From a virus (Duplodnaviria; Caudoviricetes): 64,000 bases of DNA. The notes beneath the pieces are model-generated. The model saw only the letters and a list, made by a program, of their open reading frames with translations. It was not told the DNA's origin and did no database searches. Position numbers and translations under genes: made by a program. Below, in pieces: positions 20,777 through 31,300 of this stretch; positions within the stretch are counted from its first letter, which is position 1, and every line of letters starts with the position of its first letter. The stretch is from positions 32,001 through 96,000 of IMG/VR virus record IMGVR_UViG_3300027858_000004; one strand, written 5' to 3'.

Positions 20777-21736
20777 ATGACAACAGTAGCAAAATTACGC
20801 CAAGCAGACAACAAAACAATCACAGAAGGTATCTTAGTAGAAAAGAAATTAGAAATTCGTGACTACAACCGTAAAGACAAAGCAGGTAACACATTCGTAG
20901 ATAAAGGTATCACAGGAACAATTGAGGTTCGCACTGGAGACAATGAAACACACACGATTAAACTATTCTCACACAAAACAAAAGCAGATGGAGGAGAGAA
21001 TGGCATCTATAAAGGATACGTTACTATTATGGAAGAAGCAGTTTCCCAAGCCGATGTAGCACAAGGAAAAGGTGAAATTGCTACAAATGTAAGTGTTCAA
21101 GGCGGTCTTGAGCTAAACGAATACTACGACAAAACAAAAGTCTACCGTCAAAACCCAGAAATTAAAGGACTATTTGTAAATCGTTTAGATGGTGAACCAA
21201 GCAATAAAGCAACATTCGATGTAGAGATTATTGTTAAGAGCGCTACTGAAGAGACAGACAAAGAAGACAACTTAACTGGTCGTGCAATTCTTCACGCAAT
21301 TATTCCACTATACAATAAAGTTGTTCCAATGACATTTGTTGTTGACACAGCAGGAGCACAATATGTTTTAGATAACTTTGAATCAGGAAAATCAGCTAAC
21401 ATCTGGGGCAAAATGACTAACTTCCGTAAAGTTACCCAAATTGAAAAAGAAGGTGGATTTGGGGAAAGCGCTTATGATGAAAAAGTAGAAACTCTACGTG
21501 AGCTACTTGTTACAGGCGGCAAAGTTTATGACGAAGATAGCAATCAAAACTTCGATAAAAAATTATTAAAAGAAGCATTACAGGCTCGTGAAGTTTATCT
21601 TGCTGAATTGAAAACTAAAGCAGAACAAAAAGCTGATGACACTAAAGCTGACGGATTCAGTGGAGCACCTACAGGAGCAGACGTTAAAAAATCTGCACCA
21701 TCTGTAAACATCGATGACCTGTTTGAAGGAATGTAA
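20777..21736 (+). CDS. Putative single-stranded DNA-binding protein (SPbeta YorF-like position)
   Basis: Beta-rich, acidic/aromatic tail IDDLFEGM, first gene of the replication cluster. Confidence 0.6.
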   Translation: MTTVAKLRQADNKTITEGILVEKKLEIRDYNRKDKAGNTFVDKGITGTIEVRTGDNETHTIKLFSHKTKADGGENGIYKGYVTIMEEAVSQADVAQGKGEIATNVSVQGGLELNEYYDKTKVYRQNPEIKGLFVNRLDGEPSNKATFDVEIIVKSATEETDKEDNLTGRAILHAIIPLYNKVVPMTFVVDTAGAQYVLDNFESGKSANIWGKMTNFRKVTQIEKEGGFGESAYDEKVETLRELLVTGGKVYDEDSNQNFDKKLLKEALQAREVYLAELKTKAEQKADDTKADGFSGAPTGADVKKSAPSVNIDDLFEGM

Positions 21737-21850
21737 TTCAAAACTTAAATTAAAAGTTAGTTAATGACATATGAGGGTATTGAGATATACCCTCAAGTCA
21801 ATTAAATATTATAAAAATAGAATTTAAAATAGAATGGGGCAAATTATTCA

Positions 21851-23940
21851 ATGGCAATTAACTTACAAGCAATCAAACCACATCAAGTATCACGAGATTT
21901 AAAAGGTAAAATCGTAACTATCTACGGTGAGCCTAAAGTTGGTAAGACAACAATCGCCTCAAAGTTTCCCAAGTCCTTACTTTTAGCATCAAATTAAAAA
22001 GGAGAATTATCTTGATAGAAAAAATTAAAATAGAGCGCACAAAAGGCGGCTCTATCGTATGGGAAGCATCTCATTTGAGCAATATTAAACGATTATATGA
22101 ATCTGGTCTAAATCTTACTGAAATCGGTAAAATATACGATGTGAGCTATGGGACAATAAAAAACAAACTAAAAAATATGGATGTTAAGATTCTTAACTTC
22201 TATGATAAGAATCCCAGAAACTCTCACTTTTTCCACCCTTGGAGGCTTAATGCTGAATCTGTTTATTGGCTCGGATACATGTATGCCGATGGATATGTAA
22301 ACAGCAAGTCAAATGAAATCTCAATAACCTCCAATGACAAAGAGCACCTAGTGAAATTTAAAGAGGCTCTGCAATCTACTAATAAGATTACAAGTTGGAT
22401 AGACAATAGATTTCAGAAGCCATCTTATAGCAATAGGTTTGCAGTCAAAGACCCACAGATGAAAAGAGATTTGATTTTCCTTGGTTGCTTTCCACAAAAG
22501 TCTCTTACGCTAGAGGAGTTTCCTGAGTTGGAAGAGGATTTAATATCTCATTTTATCCGAGGTTACTTTGAGGGAGATGGAAGTCTTCATTATACTCATG
22601 GAGGAAAAAGGTTCCGAATATCATTTTTAGGAACCATACCATTCTTAAATGAGATAAAAAGAATTCTAGGAACAGAAAATTCCTTATCAAAAGGGACTGG
22701 AAAAGCATATGTGTTGCAAATAGCTGGACAAGAAAAGGTCTTGCAAGTTTTGGAATATATGTATCGTGACTCAGAAGAAAAAATCAGACTTAATCGTAAA
22801 TATAATTTATATCAAGAAATTCTATCGGGTGCTTCACCATTGAACCTAGAAAACTAGGGTGTGAATAAGTATTGACTTATTTGCTAACAGGGAATGTTTA
22901 AAGTGGAATTACCTAACGCTTTAGAAGAATCCTGTGCCAAGCTCCTATATCATATTGTGAAATACTTATAAGAGAAGGTGCAACGACTATTCCGAAAGGA
23001 AGTAGGTTTAAGGTGAAACTCCTTATTCCGAAGCGGTGGTGGGCTTACTAAACTAGTAAGTCGTGATATAGTCTAATAGCTTTTAAATAAGCTAGTCGAA
23101 AAAGGGTACAATGCTTTACCTAATGTTATGGTACAGCCTGTAACAAAATGGAGAGAGTTTAAAGAAGTATTAAAAGAACTTGCTAAACCAGAAAATAAAG
23201 ATTCGTTTGGAACAATCATTGTTGACACAGCAGATATCGCATTTGACTTATGTGAAGCATTCGTTTGTAATCGTGAAGGTGTAGATAAAATCGGAGACAT
23301 TCCTTATGGAGCAGGATACAAAATGCTTAAAAAAGAATTCAATGATGCACTTCGTTCGATTCCAATGATGGACTACGGATTAGTAATGATTTCTCATGGT
23401 ATGACAGCAACTCTTACAGATGAAGATGGAGTAGAGTACTCTAAAATTACACCAACATTGCCAAAAGCACCTCGTGCAATCGTCTTATCAATGTCTGATG
23501 TAATTGGCTATGCTAAAAACATTGAGCGTGATGGAGCACAACAATCAGTACTATTCATGCGTGGAACACCACGATTTGAAGCTGGCTCACGTTTCCGCTA
23601 TACACCTAATTACATTAAATTTGATTACACTTCATTAGTTAATGCTATTGCAGATGCTATTGAAAAAGAAGCAGAAGAAAATGGTGCTGACTCTGTAACA
23701 GATGCAGTAACCAATATTTATGAAGAAGCAACTGAAAAGAGCTTTGATGAATTGAAAAAAGAGTGTCAAGCAGTAATTCCAACTTTAATGGAGAAACACA
23801 ACAATGATGCAGCAGAAGTTCAAGGTATCATCAATAAAGTAGTAGAAAGTCACTTAGGAAAAGGTAAAACTTTAAAAGATATTAAAGAAGAACAAGTTGA
23901 TATCTTAATCTTAATTGCAGGAGATTTAAAAGAACTATAA
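21851..23940 (+). CDS. AAA_24-type ATPase (YorG/Sak4-like), spliced join(21851..21989,23096..23940), 327 aa
   Basis: Exon 1 (absent from the ORF track) carries Walker A YGEPKVGKTT; splicing gives LLLA-F-EKGYNA; exon 2 has IIVDT, ISH, AGSRF. Confidence 0.9.
21990..23095 (+). mobile_element. Group I intron in the ATPase gene
   Basis: Exon ends in U, intron ends in G; IGS GGTGCT (22828-22833) pairs with AGCAT/C; P7 GACTAT/ATAGTC; P3 CACCA/TGGTG. Confidence 0.9.
22012..22857 (+). CDS. Intron-encoded LAGLIDADG homing endonuclease
   Basis: YWLGYMYADG and FIRGYFEGDGS motifs, N-terminal HTH. Confidence 0.9.
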   Translation: MIEKIKIERTKGGSIVWEASHLSNIKRLYESGLNLTEIGKIYDVSYGTIKNKLKNMDVKILNFYDKNPRNSHFFHPWRLNAESVYWLGYMYADGYVNSKSNEISITSNDKEHLVKFKEALQSTNKITSWIDNRFQKPSYSNRFAVKDPQMKRDLIFLGCFPQKSLTLEEFPELEEDLISHFIRGYFEGDGSLHYTHGGKRFRISFLGTIPFLNEIKRILGTENSLSKGTGKAYVLQIAGQEKVLQVLEYMYRDSEEKIRLNRKYNLYQEILSGASPLNLEN

Positions 23941-24076
23941 GTTTAAAAACAAAATAAACAACAAACATCAATATTTATTCAATTTAAAGTACAAGAGAGA
24001 AGCTCTAGATGGACGTAGTAAACCCACCTAGTCAGTCAGTGTAATGTCAGAAATTACAAACAATCAATTTAAATTT

Positions 24077-24127
24077 GAGCACAACCTTCATTTGAATATA
24101 GGATGAAAAGTTGTGCTCTTTCTTTTT
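24077..24127 (+). terminator. Intrinsic terminator
   Basis: GAGCACAAC/GTTGTGCTC stem followed by TTTCTTTTT. Confidence 0.75.
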
Positions 24128-24147
24128 GAGAAGAGTGGTGAGGTAAT

Positions 24148-24627
24148 ATGGCTAGAATGCCAAAGTGTAAGCATTGTAAGAAGGATGTTAACAAAGACAT
24201 AGAACAATTTACAAAAAAATCAAGTGGTTACTATCATCAAGAGTGCCACGATATCATAGAAAGAGAAAACAAGTTTCGAGATATGCTAATCACCTTTATT
24301 AAAGAGCTTTATAACATAGATTTCCCAACTGGGTTCATGTTAGGTCAAATAAAGGAATATCGAACTGTCAGAAACTATTCCTATCAAGGGATGATAATGG
24401 CATTGAAATACATGTACGAAGTGGAAGATATACCAGTTAAAGAAGGCACAGGATTAGGATTAATAACTTTTTACTATGAGAGGGGAATTAAATACTATAG
24501 TAAGCTACGTTCCAATAAAGCTTCAGCAAAAGGAGCTGAAATACAACGTGAGCCTCAAATAGTCATAGTAGAAAAACAAGAAAGAAAAAGAAAGCCAAAG
24601 TTGTTGGATATGAGGGAGATTCAGTAG
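24148..24627 (+). CDS. Zn-finger replication-associated protein (SPbeta YorH-like)
   Basis: CxxC...HxxC; directly upstream of the helicase. Confidence 0.6.
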   Translation: MARMPKCKHCKKDVNKDIEQFTKKSSGYYHQECHDIIERENKFRDMLITFIKELYNIDFPTGFMLGQIKEYRTVRNYSYQGMIMALKYMYEVEDIPVKEGTGLGLITFYYERGIKYYSKLRSNKASAKGAEIQREPQIVIVEKQERKRKPKLLDMREIQ

Positions 24628-24628
24628 T

Positions 24629-26311
24629 ATGAGCGTATTACAGGACAAAAAAGCAATTATAAATGTACTATCAGCAATAATTAAGAAGCCAGAGTTATTA
24701 AGTAACGCAAAGGAATATAAGCTAGAGCGTGGAGATTTTCCTGAGCCATTCCATCAAATTATTTTTAATGCCATCTATAATCTTTACCAATTGAATGCAG
24801 AGAAGATTACAAAGTTGGAAATAGATAGCTATTTAAAAGACTATCCAAGACATCAGGCTATTTTTGAGGATAATGATGGATGGGAATACCTTGAAAGATT
24901 AAATGACATAGATTCAGTAGATAACTACAACTACTACTATGAACGTGTTAAGAAGTTTAGTCTTCTTAGAGAGTGTAGAGCATTAGGCTTTGACACTTCA
25001 GAGTTTTATAATTCAGACTCACTAGACTTTAACGAAGCAGAAAAGGCTCAAGAGAAGTTTAATACCATGACATTAAATGATATTGTTAAGACTATTGAGC
25101 TTAGACTAGTAGAGATTAAAGACCAATTTATCTCAAATGCAGAAACCACTTCAGAACTAATGTCAGATGGAATAGATGAGTTGTTAGAAGCTTCATTAGA
25201 GTCGCCAAGTTTTGGAGTTAACATGGGGAGCAGATACTTAACTACTGTTACTCGTGGAGCCAAATTGAAGAAGTTCTACCTAAGAAGTGCACCAACTGGT
25301 GGAGGTAAAACACGATACAACTTAGCTGATTTGTTAGAGATTTGTATTCCTGAGCGTTATGAATCAGATATTGGCAAATGGGTTCAAACAGGCGCAGATG
25401 GCAAAGGACTATTCATTACAACGGAATTATCAAAAGAAGAAATACAATTGCCAACGCTGTGCTATATTGCTGATGTAGATGAGGACAAGCTGAAAGATAA
25501 AGAAGTTTCATTTGAAGAGATTGAGCGTTTAAATTTAGCAAAAGCCATAATGAAAAGGTCTGGACTACGCATAGAGCATTTGCCTGACTTTGATTTAGAA
25601 GAAGTAGAGTTGTCTATTGAAAGAAACATCTTGAAATATGATATAGAGTACGTTGTTTTTGACTATATTCACACATCATTGAACCTAATGACAAGCATTG
25701 CAAAAAAAGCAAATCTACGTGAAGACCAAATACTTTTAATCTTATCGGATAAGCTGAAGCAATTGTCAGTGAAGTACGAAATATTCATGCTTTCGTCCAC
25801 ACAGATGAATGACAATTGGAAACAAGATGATATGAAAAACCTTGACCAATCATCTATACGTGGCTCCAAAGCCATTGCAGATAAAGTTGACTTTGGATGT
25901 ATTTTACTTCCTGTCTTCAAAAAGGATAAGGAACTTTACGATGAGCTTAAAGCAGAACTTGGTGGATTTAATAAAGAGCCTACTCACACAATCAATGTGT
26001 ATAAGAATCGTGGAGGTAAGTGGAATAACATCCGTATTTGGCTTCATATTGACATGGGTACACTAAGAACAACAGATTGCTTTGTAACAACTCGTGATGG
26101 TGACTTGGTTACTAACATACTTCCAAAAAGCATCGTAAGAGAGCCTAAGAAGGTTGAAGAGCCTGTTGTCGAGGAAATGGCAGAAGAAGTGGTAGAAGAA
26201 ATAGCAGAAGCAATACAAAATGAACCAGTGCGTGACCCAGATACAGGATATGTTGAAACAGAAAAAGGAATTTACGATGATAATCTAGCTTGGTTAGACC
26301 CGTTTAAATAG
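24629..26311 (+). CDS. dnaB: Replicative DnaB-like helicase
   Basis: SAPTGGGKT, ITTE, VVFDYI, STQMN, IRGSKAIADKVD, KNRGG. Confidence 0.9.
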   Translation: MSVLQDKKAIINVLSAIIKKPELLSNAKEYKLERGDFPEPFHQIIFNAIYNLYQLNAEKITKLEIDSYLKDYPRHQAIFEDNDGWEYLERLNDIDSVDNYNYYYERVKKFSLLRECRALGFDTSEFYNSDSLDFNEAEKAQEKFNTMTLNDIVKTIELRLVEIKDQFISNAETTSELMSDGIDELLEASLESPSFGVNMGSRYLTTVTRGAKLKKFYLRSAPTGGGKTRYNLADLLEICIPERYESDIGKWVQTGADGKGLFITTELSKEEIQLPTLCYIADVDEDKLKDKEVSFEEIERLNLAKAIMKRSGLRIEHLPDFDLEEVELSIERNILKYDIEYVVFDYIHTSLNLMTSIAKKANLREDQILLILSDKLKQLSVKYEIFMLSSTQMNDNWKQDDMKNLDQSSIRGSKAIADKVDFGCILLPVFKKDKELYDELKAELGGFNKEPTHTINVYKNRGGKWNNIRIWLHIDMGTLRTTDCFVTTRDGDLVTNILPKSIVREPKKVEEPVVEEMAEEVVEEIAEAIQNEPVRDPDTGYVETEKGIYDDNLAWLDPFK

Positions 26312-26324
26312 GAGGAGAAATTAA

Positions 26325-27428
26325 TTGAAAATAGATAAAGATAAATTAAAACAGTCTCTATCTGTTGACGAGGTTGTTTCCCTTTTACGTGAGTTGGGAG
26401 CCATAGATATAGTCGATATAGTTAGTACTAAAGGCTATTTAATGACAAACACAATATGTCATAATTTGACCGATGGAAAATTAAAATTGTATTACTATCC
26501 TGAGTCTTTTACATTCCATTGTTACACAGGTTGTGGAAGCAACTTCGATATATTTGAATTGGTACAAAGAAACTATCGCCTTAGAGGAATTGAGTTGGGA
26601 TTCTCAGCTATTGTCGAGTGGGTATCCACTAAAACTGGTAAATCCTTTGGTTTTGGATATGAAGTAAAAGAATCTTCCAGTCTAGATGAGGACTGGGAGT
26701 ACTTCAATAAAATAAGAAAAAAAGAACCACAGAAAATAGAGCTCCCAAAATACAATGACCGAATTCTAGATGTATTTTCTAAGTTTCATCATCCAGCATT
26801 TTTAAACGATGGTGTTTCTCATGAAGCTATGGATAAGTTTGAAATAACCTACTATAACAAGGCAAACAGAATAGTTATTCCACATAGAGACGTGGATGGC
26901 AATTTAATTGGAATAAAAGGAAGGGCGCTAAATCAATTCGAAATTGACAATGGATATAAATATTTACCAATTTCAGTTCAAGATGTTCTATATAATCATC
27001 CCACACATGGTAATTTATATGGAATTCATCAAAACATAGAGGTAATAAAGAAGCTTGGGAAAGCAATTATATTTGAATCAGAAAAAAGTGTTATGCAAAT
27101 AGAAACCATGTTTCCTAACAATAACTTCTCCCTAGCCACATCAGGAAGTACGATATCTCAACAGCAGGTGAGAATGCTATTAGATTTGAATATAAATGAA
27201 GTAATCCTTGCATTTGATAAAGAATTTGAAGATGAGGACTCACCACAGGCTAAAGCATACATGAAAAAGATTCTAAAAATAGGAAGAAAGTTCTCCAATT
27301 ATATTCAAACAAATGTTATATGGGATAGTCATGGATTAATTGAGTATAAATCTTCCCCTTCGGACTTTGGCAAAGATACTCTTATTTCTCTAATGAAAAG
27401 TAAGCAAGAAATTAGAAGTAAGGAATAA
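26325..27428 (+). CDS. dnaG: DNA primase
   Basis: TICHN..FHCYTGC zinc domain, IVIPHRD..IGIKGR, FESEKSV, TOPRIM LAFDKE. Confidence 0.88.
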   Translation: MKIDKDKLKQSLSVDEVVSLLRELGAIDIVDIVSTKGYLMTNTICHNLTDGKLKLYYYPESFTFHCYTGCGSNFDIFELVQRNYRLRGIELGFSAIVEWVSTKTGKSFGFGYEVKESSSLDEDWEYFNKIRKKEPQKIELPKYNDRILDVFSKFHHPAFLNDGVSHEAMDKFEITYYNKANRIVIPHRDVDGNLIGIKGRALNQFEIDNGYKYLPISVQDVLYNHPTHGNLYGIHQNIEVIKKLGKAIIFESEKSVMQIETMFPNNNFSLATSGSTISQQQVRMLLDLNINEVILAFDKEFEDEDSPQAKAYMKKILKIGRKFSNYIQTNVIWDSHGLIEYKSSPSDFGKDTLISLMKSKQEIRSKE

Positions 27429-27441
27429 TATAAGTTAGTTA

Positions 27442-27470
27442 TTGACAACATTAGTATACTATGTTAAGCT
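27442..27470 (+). promoter_or_regulatory. SigA-type promoter heading the accessory island
   Basis: TTGACA-17bp-TAAGCT with upstream box. Confidence 0.7.
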
Positions 27471-27476
27471 AATGGA

Positions 27477-27899
27477 ATGAAAGGGGATGTGCGAGTGATT
27501 AGACCATATAAAGAAAGAACTTTAAATGCAGGAGACCCAGTTATAGTTTATAGAAATTTGAACAATGGGATGTTCTCTATAAGATGTGCAAGAACAAACT
27601 TGGTTTTAGCTCATGGTAATAGCTTTATTGTTCAAGGAAGTCCTAAAGTAAGTGAGGTAAGTAGACTAAGGGTTATAAAGGAAAAGAGAAAGTCAGTTCA
27701 CGCATTTATCTTAGGAACCTTTCAAGAGGAAGACGCTGAGAAGTACTCCTACAGCATTGTGGACGAGGCTTATTACAATCCTTATACTACAGACTCCTTC
27801 ATTTATAAAAAGAACAATACAAAAGTTACACATGGTGATTTCCTATTTAAAGATGGGAAAGCATATGTGATAAATTCCTTAGTTTTAAAAACTAGTTAA
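27477..27899 (+). CDS. Conserved hypothetical phage protein
   Basis: VYRNL..FSIR, KSVHAF, YYNPY motifs. Confidence 0.6.
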   Translation: MKGDVRVIRPYKERTLNAGDPVIVYRNLNNGMFSIRCARTNLVLAHGNSFIVQGSPKVSEVSRLRVIKEKRKSVHAFILGTFQEEDAEKYSYSIVDEAYYNPYTTDSFIYKKNNTKVTHGDFLFKDGKAYVINSLVLKTS

Positions 27900-28082
27900 T
27901 AGCATGGAGGGTTTAAATGATTCATAAGAATGAAGAGATAAAATATACTTCGCTACAAGAAATCTTTGAGAGTGAGAACCTTTCAGAAGCCTTAGCCAAA
28001 GCATATAGAAGAATTGATTCACTCCTTGAAAGAGAAAGAAGTTTAGAACTACAAATTGAAATGATGAAAGGGAGAGATAAAT

Positions 28083-28991
28083 ATGAAGAATAAATCAGAA
28101 GAACTAAAACTAATGTTTATTAAGACTAAAGAGAAGATATTTGTATCTGACAATGTAGCAGGAAACAGCTATTTCCACACAAAGCTTGCTCATTTATATT
28201 TTGATGGAGAACTACCAGCAAAAACATTTAAAAGCGATTGGTTTGAATTAAAAAGTATTCCAATTGAATTAACAAGAAAAGTACCAGAAAGAGAAATTAA
28301 TCATCGATATGAGTTAAAAGAAGGATTCGTAGTAACTGAATTAACTCCACAAACTATCCATGAGAGATATATAGATGAAGACAGTGAGTACTACGAAGTT
28401 AAAGGGCTGTACACTCGCCAATATGAAACAGAAGATGCAGGATTTGAAGTTGTTCCATTTGAAATTCATTTAGTAGAAGAGGTTGAAGGAAACTTCGAAA
28501 TAACTAGGAGTCAATATAATCCACAGTATGGGTTGCTGGACAAGATACAGACCCATCCAAATCTATTGCAATTAAAACCTTGTAAACTAACAAAGGAAGA
28601 AACGTACAAAATTATTCGTGAGCATATAAAGCTCAACATTAATCCTAAATATGCTCGTATCTCTAGTGATTACGACTTCTGCTTAACCGTTGAGAAAGTG
28701 ATTGAACGTTTTGAGCCAGAGTCATACACAGTAGATTTAAATGCTATGTGCCCACGAAGAAAACCAAAGCTTGAAACCAGATATAGAACCTCTAGAAAAG
28801 CTAGAGTGTATGAAGCAGCACCAAAATCTTACCAAAAATATCCTATTGTTGAAAACTTTGTTGGAGAAAGTCTACAAGACTTAGATAACAACATTAAAAT
28901 ATTCTTACACAAATTAATGGATAAAATCAATGAGCCAGTTGTGGATTGTGAACATTGTAAAGGAAGAGGGGTCATCACTAATGGAAATTAA
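28083..28991 (+). CDS. gad1: Gabija anti-defence protein Gad1 homologue
   Basis: Recalled similarity to phi3T Gad1 across the length: KSDWF, INHRYELKEGF, EDSEYYEVKGLY, SDYDFCLTV, C-terminal CxxCKGRGVI. Confidence 0.8.
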   Translation: MKNKSEELKLMFIKTKEKIFVSDNVAGNSYFHTKLAHLYFDGELPAKTFKSDWFELKSIPIELTRKVPEREINHRYELKEGFVVTELTPQTIHERYIDEDSEYYEVKGLYTRQYETEDAGFEVVPFEIHLVEEVEGNFEITRSQYNPQYGLLDKIQTHPNLLQLKPCKLTKEETYKIIREHIKLNINPKYARISSDYDFCLTVEKVIERFEPESYTVDLNAMCPRRKPKLETRYRTSRKARVYEAAPKSYQKYPIVENFVGESLQDLDNNIKIFLHKLMDKINEPVVDCEHCKGRGVITNGN

Positions 28992-30546
28992 ATTAGATAA
29001 AGATTACATGTTGAATGAGCTGGATTTACCTGATAGAGCAATATTTGATGAGATTGATGGAACATCAATATGGAGCATTGAACATAGGATTATTTTTGAG
29101 TATCAAGGAAAGTTCTATCAAACATACTATTCTGTTGGAGCGACTGAGAGTCAATATGAATCCCCTTGGCAAGATGAAGATGAAGTTGAATGCCATGAAG
29201 TTGAGTTAAAAGAAGTAACAGTTAAGAAGTGGGTTCTTAAATAATTACACCAAAGGAGAATAAAAGATGAAAATAGAACAACTTTTAAAAACCATTAACA
29301 CTCGCACACAAACAGAACAGTTTTTAAAAACTGTGGCAGAAATATATGCTATTTTGAATGAAGAGGATAAATTGAAATTAGTAGAAGCATTGGGTGGAAA
29401 GTATAACATTTCACGTACCACTATTTTATTAGAAGAGCTTGGCAAATAAAATACGGTTTTTATTAATATAGGAGGTAAAAAGCGAAAATGATATATTTAT
29501 TGGGATTTTTGTATTATTTGCTCGTAAGCATATTATTGTTGACTGGAATCATGGATTCGTCGAGGGTTATAGCGTCTGCTGGATGGTTCATATGCGCAAT
29601 ATGGGTTGTAGTGGTTTATCGGATAGCTAAAAGGACATAAAATCTGTATTTTATAGGAAGGTGAGAAAGTGCACCAATATAATGAGAAATTAAAAGTTAT
29701 TGTAATAACCGAGGATAATAAACAGAATCAAAAGTATTTTAATCTTTTTAAAGTTCTATTTAACAATAGCATTGAAGAAGTGAGAGACTTCAACTACGAA
29801 AAAAGAATCACCATCAATAATTCAGAGTTTAGATTTATTATTAAAAGTGAATCAGCAAGAGGATTGAAAGCTCACTATGTGTTGAATCTAACACAAGATG
29901 AGGAATTTCACAGAAATAGAGCTATGCCGATGACTAGCCCACACAGTAGTTTAAAAGAAATTGAGAAGTGGTCAGAGCTGTTTACGAAGTTATAATATAA
30001 AATCGGAGGAATTAAACAATGACAAAAGCTATGGAACTAAGTGTTGACTATGATGGATACTATGGTGGAAGTGTTAATGAAATTTTATTATTGCCATTAG
30101 ATATTAATGGAGTTCTATTTGAAGAATTAGAAGAAAAGACCTATGACAGAGCAGTTTATTTAGGTGAAATTGAAGGCAAGCACAGTGAAGTTTATGGAGA
30201 TTTGACAGTGCGCTTTGTTGATTTGGATACTCTGCCTGTTCGAGAGGTTTCAGAGTTAATTAAAGCATCAGATTTTGGTGAGTTTGAGGGATTCTTTGAA
30301 CGGATTGAAGGTGACTTCCAAGATGATGAAGATGAGTACAACATAGAAAAAGTAAAAGAATTGCTTAACTCTTATAATGTAAAACTTGAAAAATACATGA
30401 TTAAAACATCATTTGTTAACTATGAGTTCATCGAACAATTGAAAGAGAAGTATGTGCAAAAGTTTAAGAATGTCACTGTTCTGGATGATGATTATGATTT
30501 AGTAGTTAAACTACTTAATGAAAACAATATTAAATACTTTGATTGA
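28981..30546 (+). other. Hypothetical genes 28981-29244, 29267-29449, 29488-29640, 29669-29995, 30019-30546; junction motifs at 29446 and 29637
   Basis: ORFs with RBS; ATAAAA tacggt TTTTAT and ATAAAA tctgta TTTTAT. Confidence 0.75.
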
Positions 30547-30559
30547 TGGGGGAAATTAA

Positions 30560-31300
30560 ATGTTAAAGTTTATAGGTTCTGGAAGTGCATTCAATACAAA
30601 ATTAGGTAATAATTCTGCCTATTACAAAGAAGGAAATCAAATGCTACTAATCGACTGTGGCAGCAATATCTTTCATCGAATTAAAGAGGGCAACCTATTA
30701 GAAGGGATAGAGAATATTCACATTTTGATTACTCATACACATGCTGACCATGTGGGCTCATTGGCAGACTTAATTCTATACACATATTACTCTCATGGTG
30801 AGTTTGCTAAGTCAAAAGTGGTTGTGCACTCGCTTCTGTCCACAGGTGTCAAAGAAGTATTGAGATTAAACGGTGTAGTCGAGAATATTCATTATGAATA
30901 TGCAACTTTACGATTTGATACAATCACAACTATTCCGTCATTAAGAGTTACAATAATTAACTGTTACGAGACTTCGCATGTAAATGAATTAAAATCGTTT
31001 GCATTTGATTTAACTATCAAAGGAAAAGGAGTGTATTATTCTGGAGATGCTAATGAAATAAATAAGGAAGTATTAGAAGCAATTAATAACAATTTCTTTG
31101 ATTATGCCTATATTGATACTTGTAAAGCTGATTACGAAGGTAATGTACATCTATCATTAAGAGAGTTATCTGAGCTAATTAAGCCAGAAGCACGTAATCA
31201 AGTGTGGTGTATGCATTTAGATGAAGGGTTTAATAGAAAAGAAGCCGAAGATTTAGGGTTTAACGTTGTCACTAATGTTAAGGGAGATGAACACTATTAA
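30560..31300 (+). CDS. Metallo-beta-lactamase-fold hydrolase, Apyc1 (anti-Pycsar)-like
   Basis: GSGSAF..NNSA..LLIDCG, ITHTHADH, HV, YSGD, VHLSL.EL, MH. Confidence 0.75.
   Translation: MLKFIGSGSAFNTKLGNNSAYYKEGNQMLLIDCGSNIFHRIKEGNLLEGIENIHILITHTHADHVGSLADLILYTYYSHGEFAKSKVVVHSLLSTGVKEVLRLNGVVENIHYEYATLRFDTITTIPSLRVTIINCYETSHVNELKSFAFDLTIKGKGVYYSGDANEINKEVLEAINNNFFDYAYIDTCKADYEGNVHLSLRELSELIKPEARNQVWCMHLDEGFNRKEAEDLGFNVVTNVKGDEHY

Noticed and set aside
23128-23940. Stand-alone 270-aa ATPase lacking Walker A
   Set aside because: It is exon 2 of an intron-split gene; the Walker A is in exon 1 at 21851-21989.
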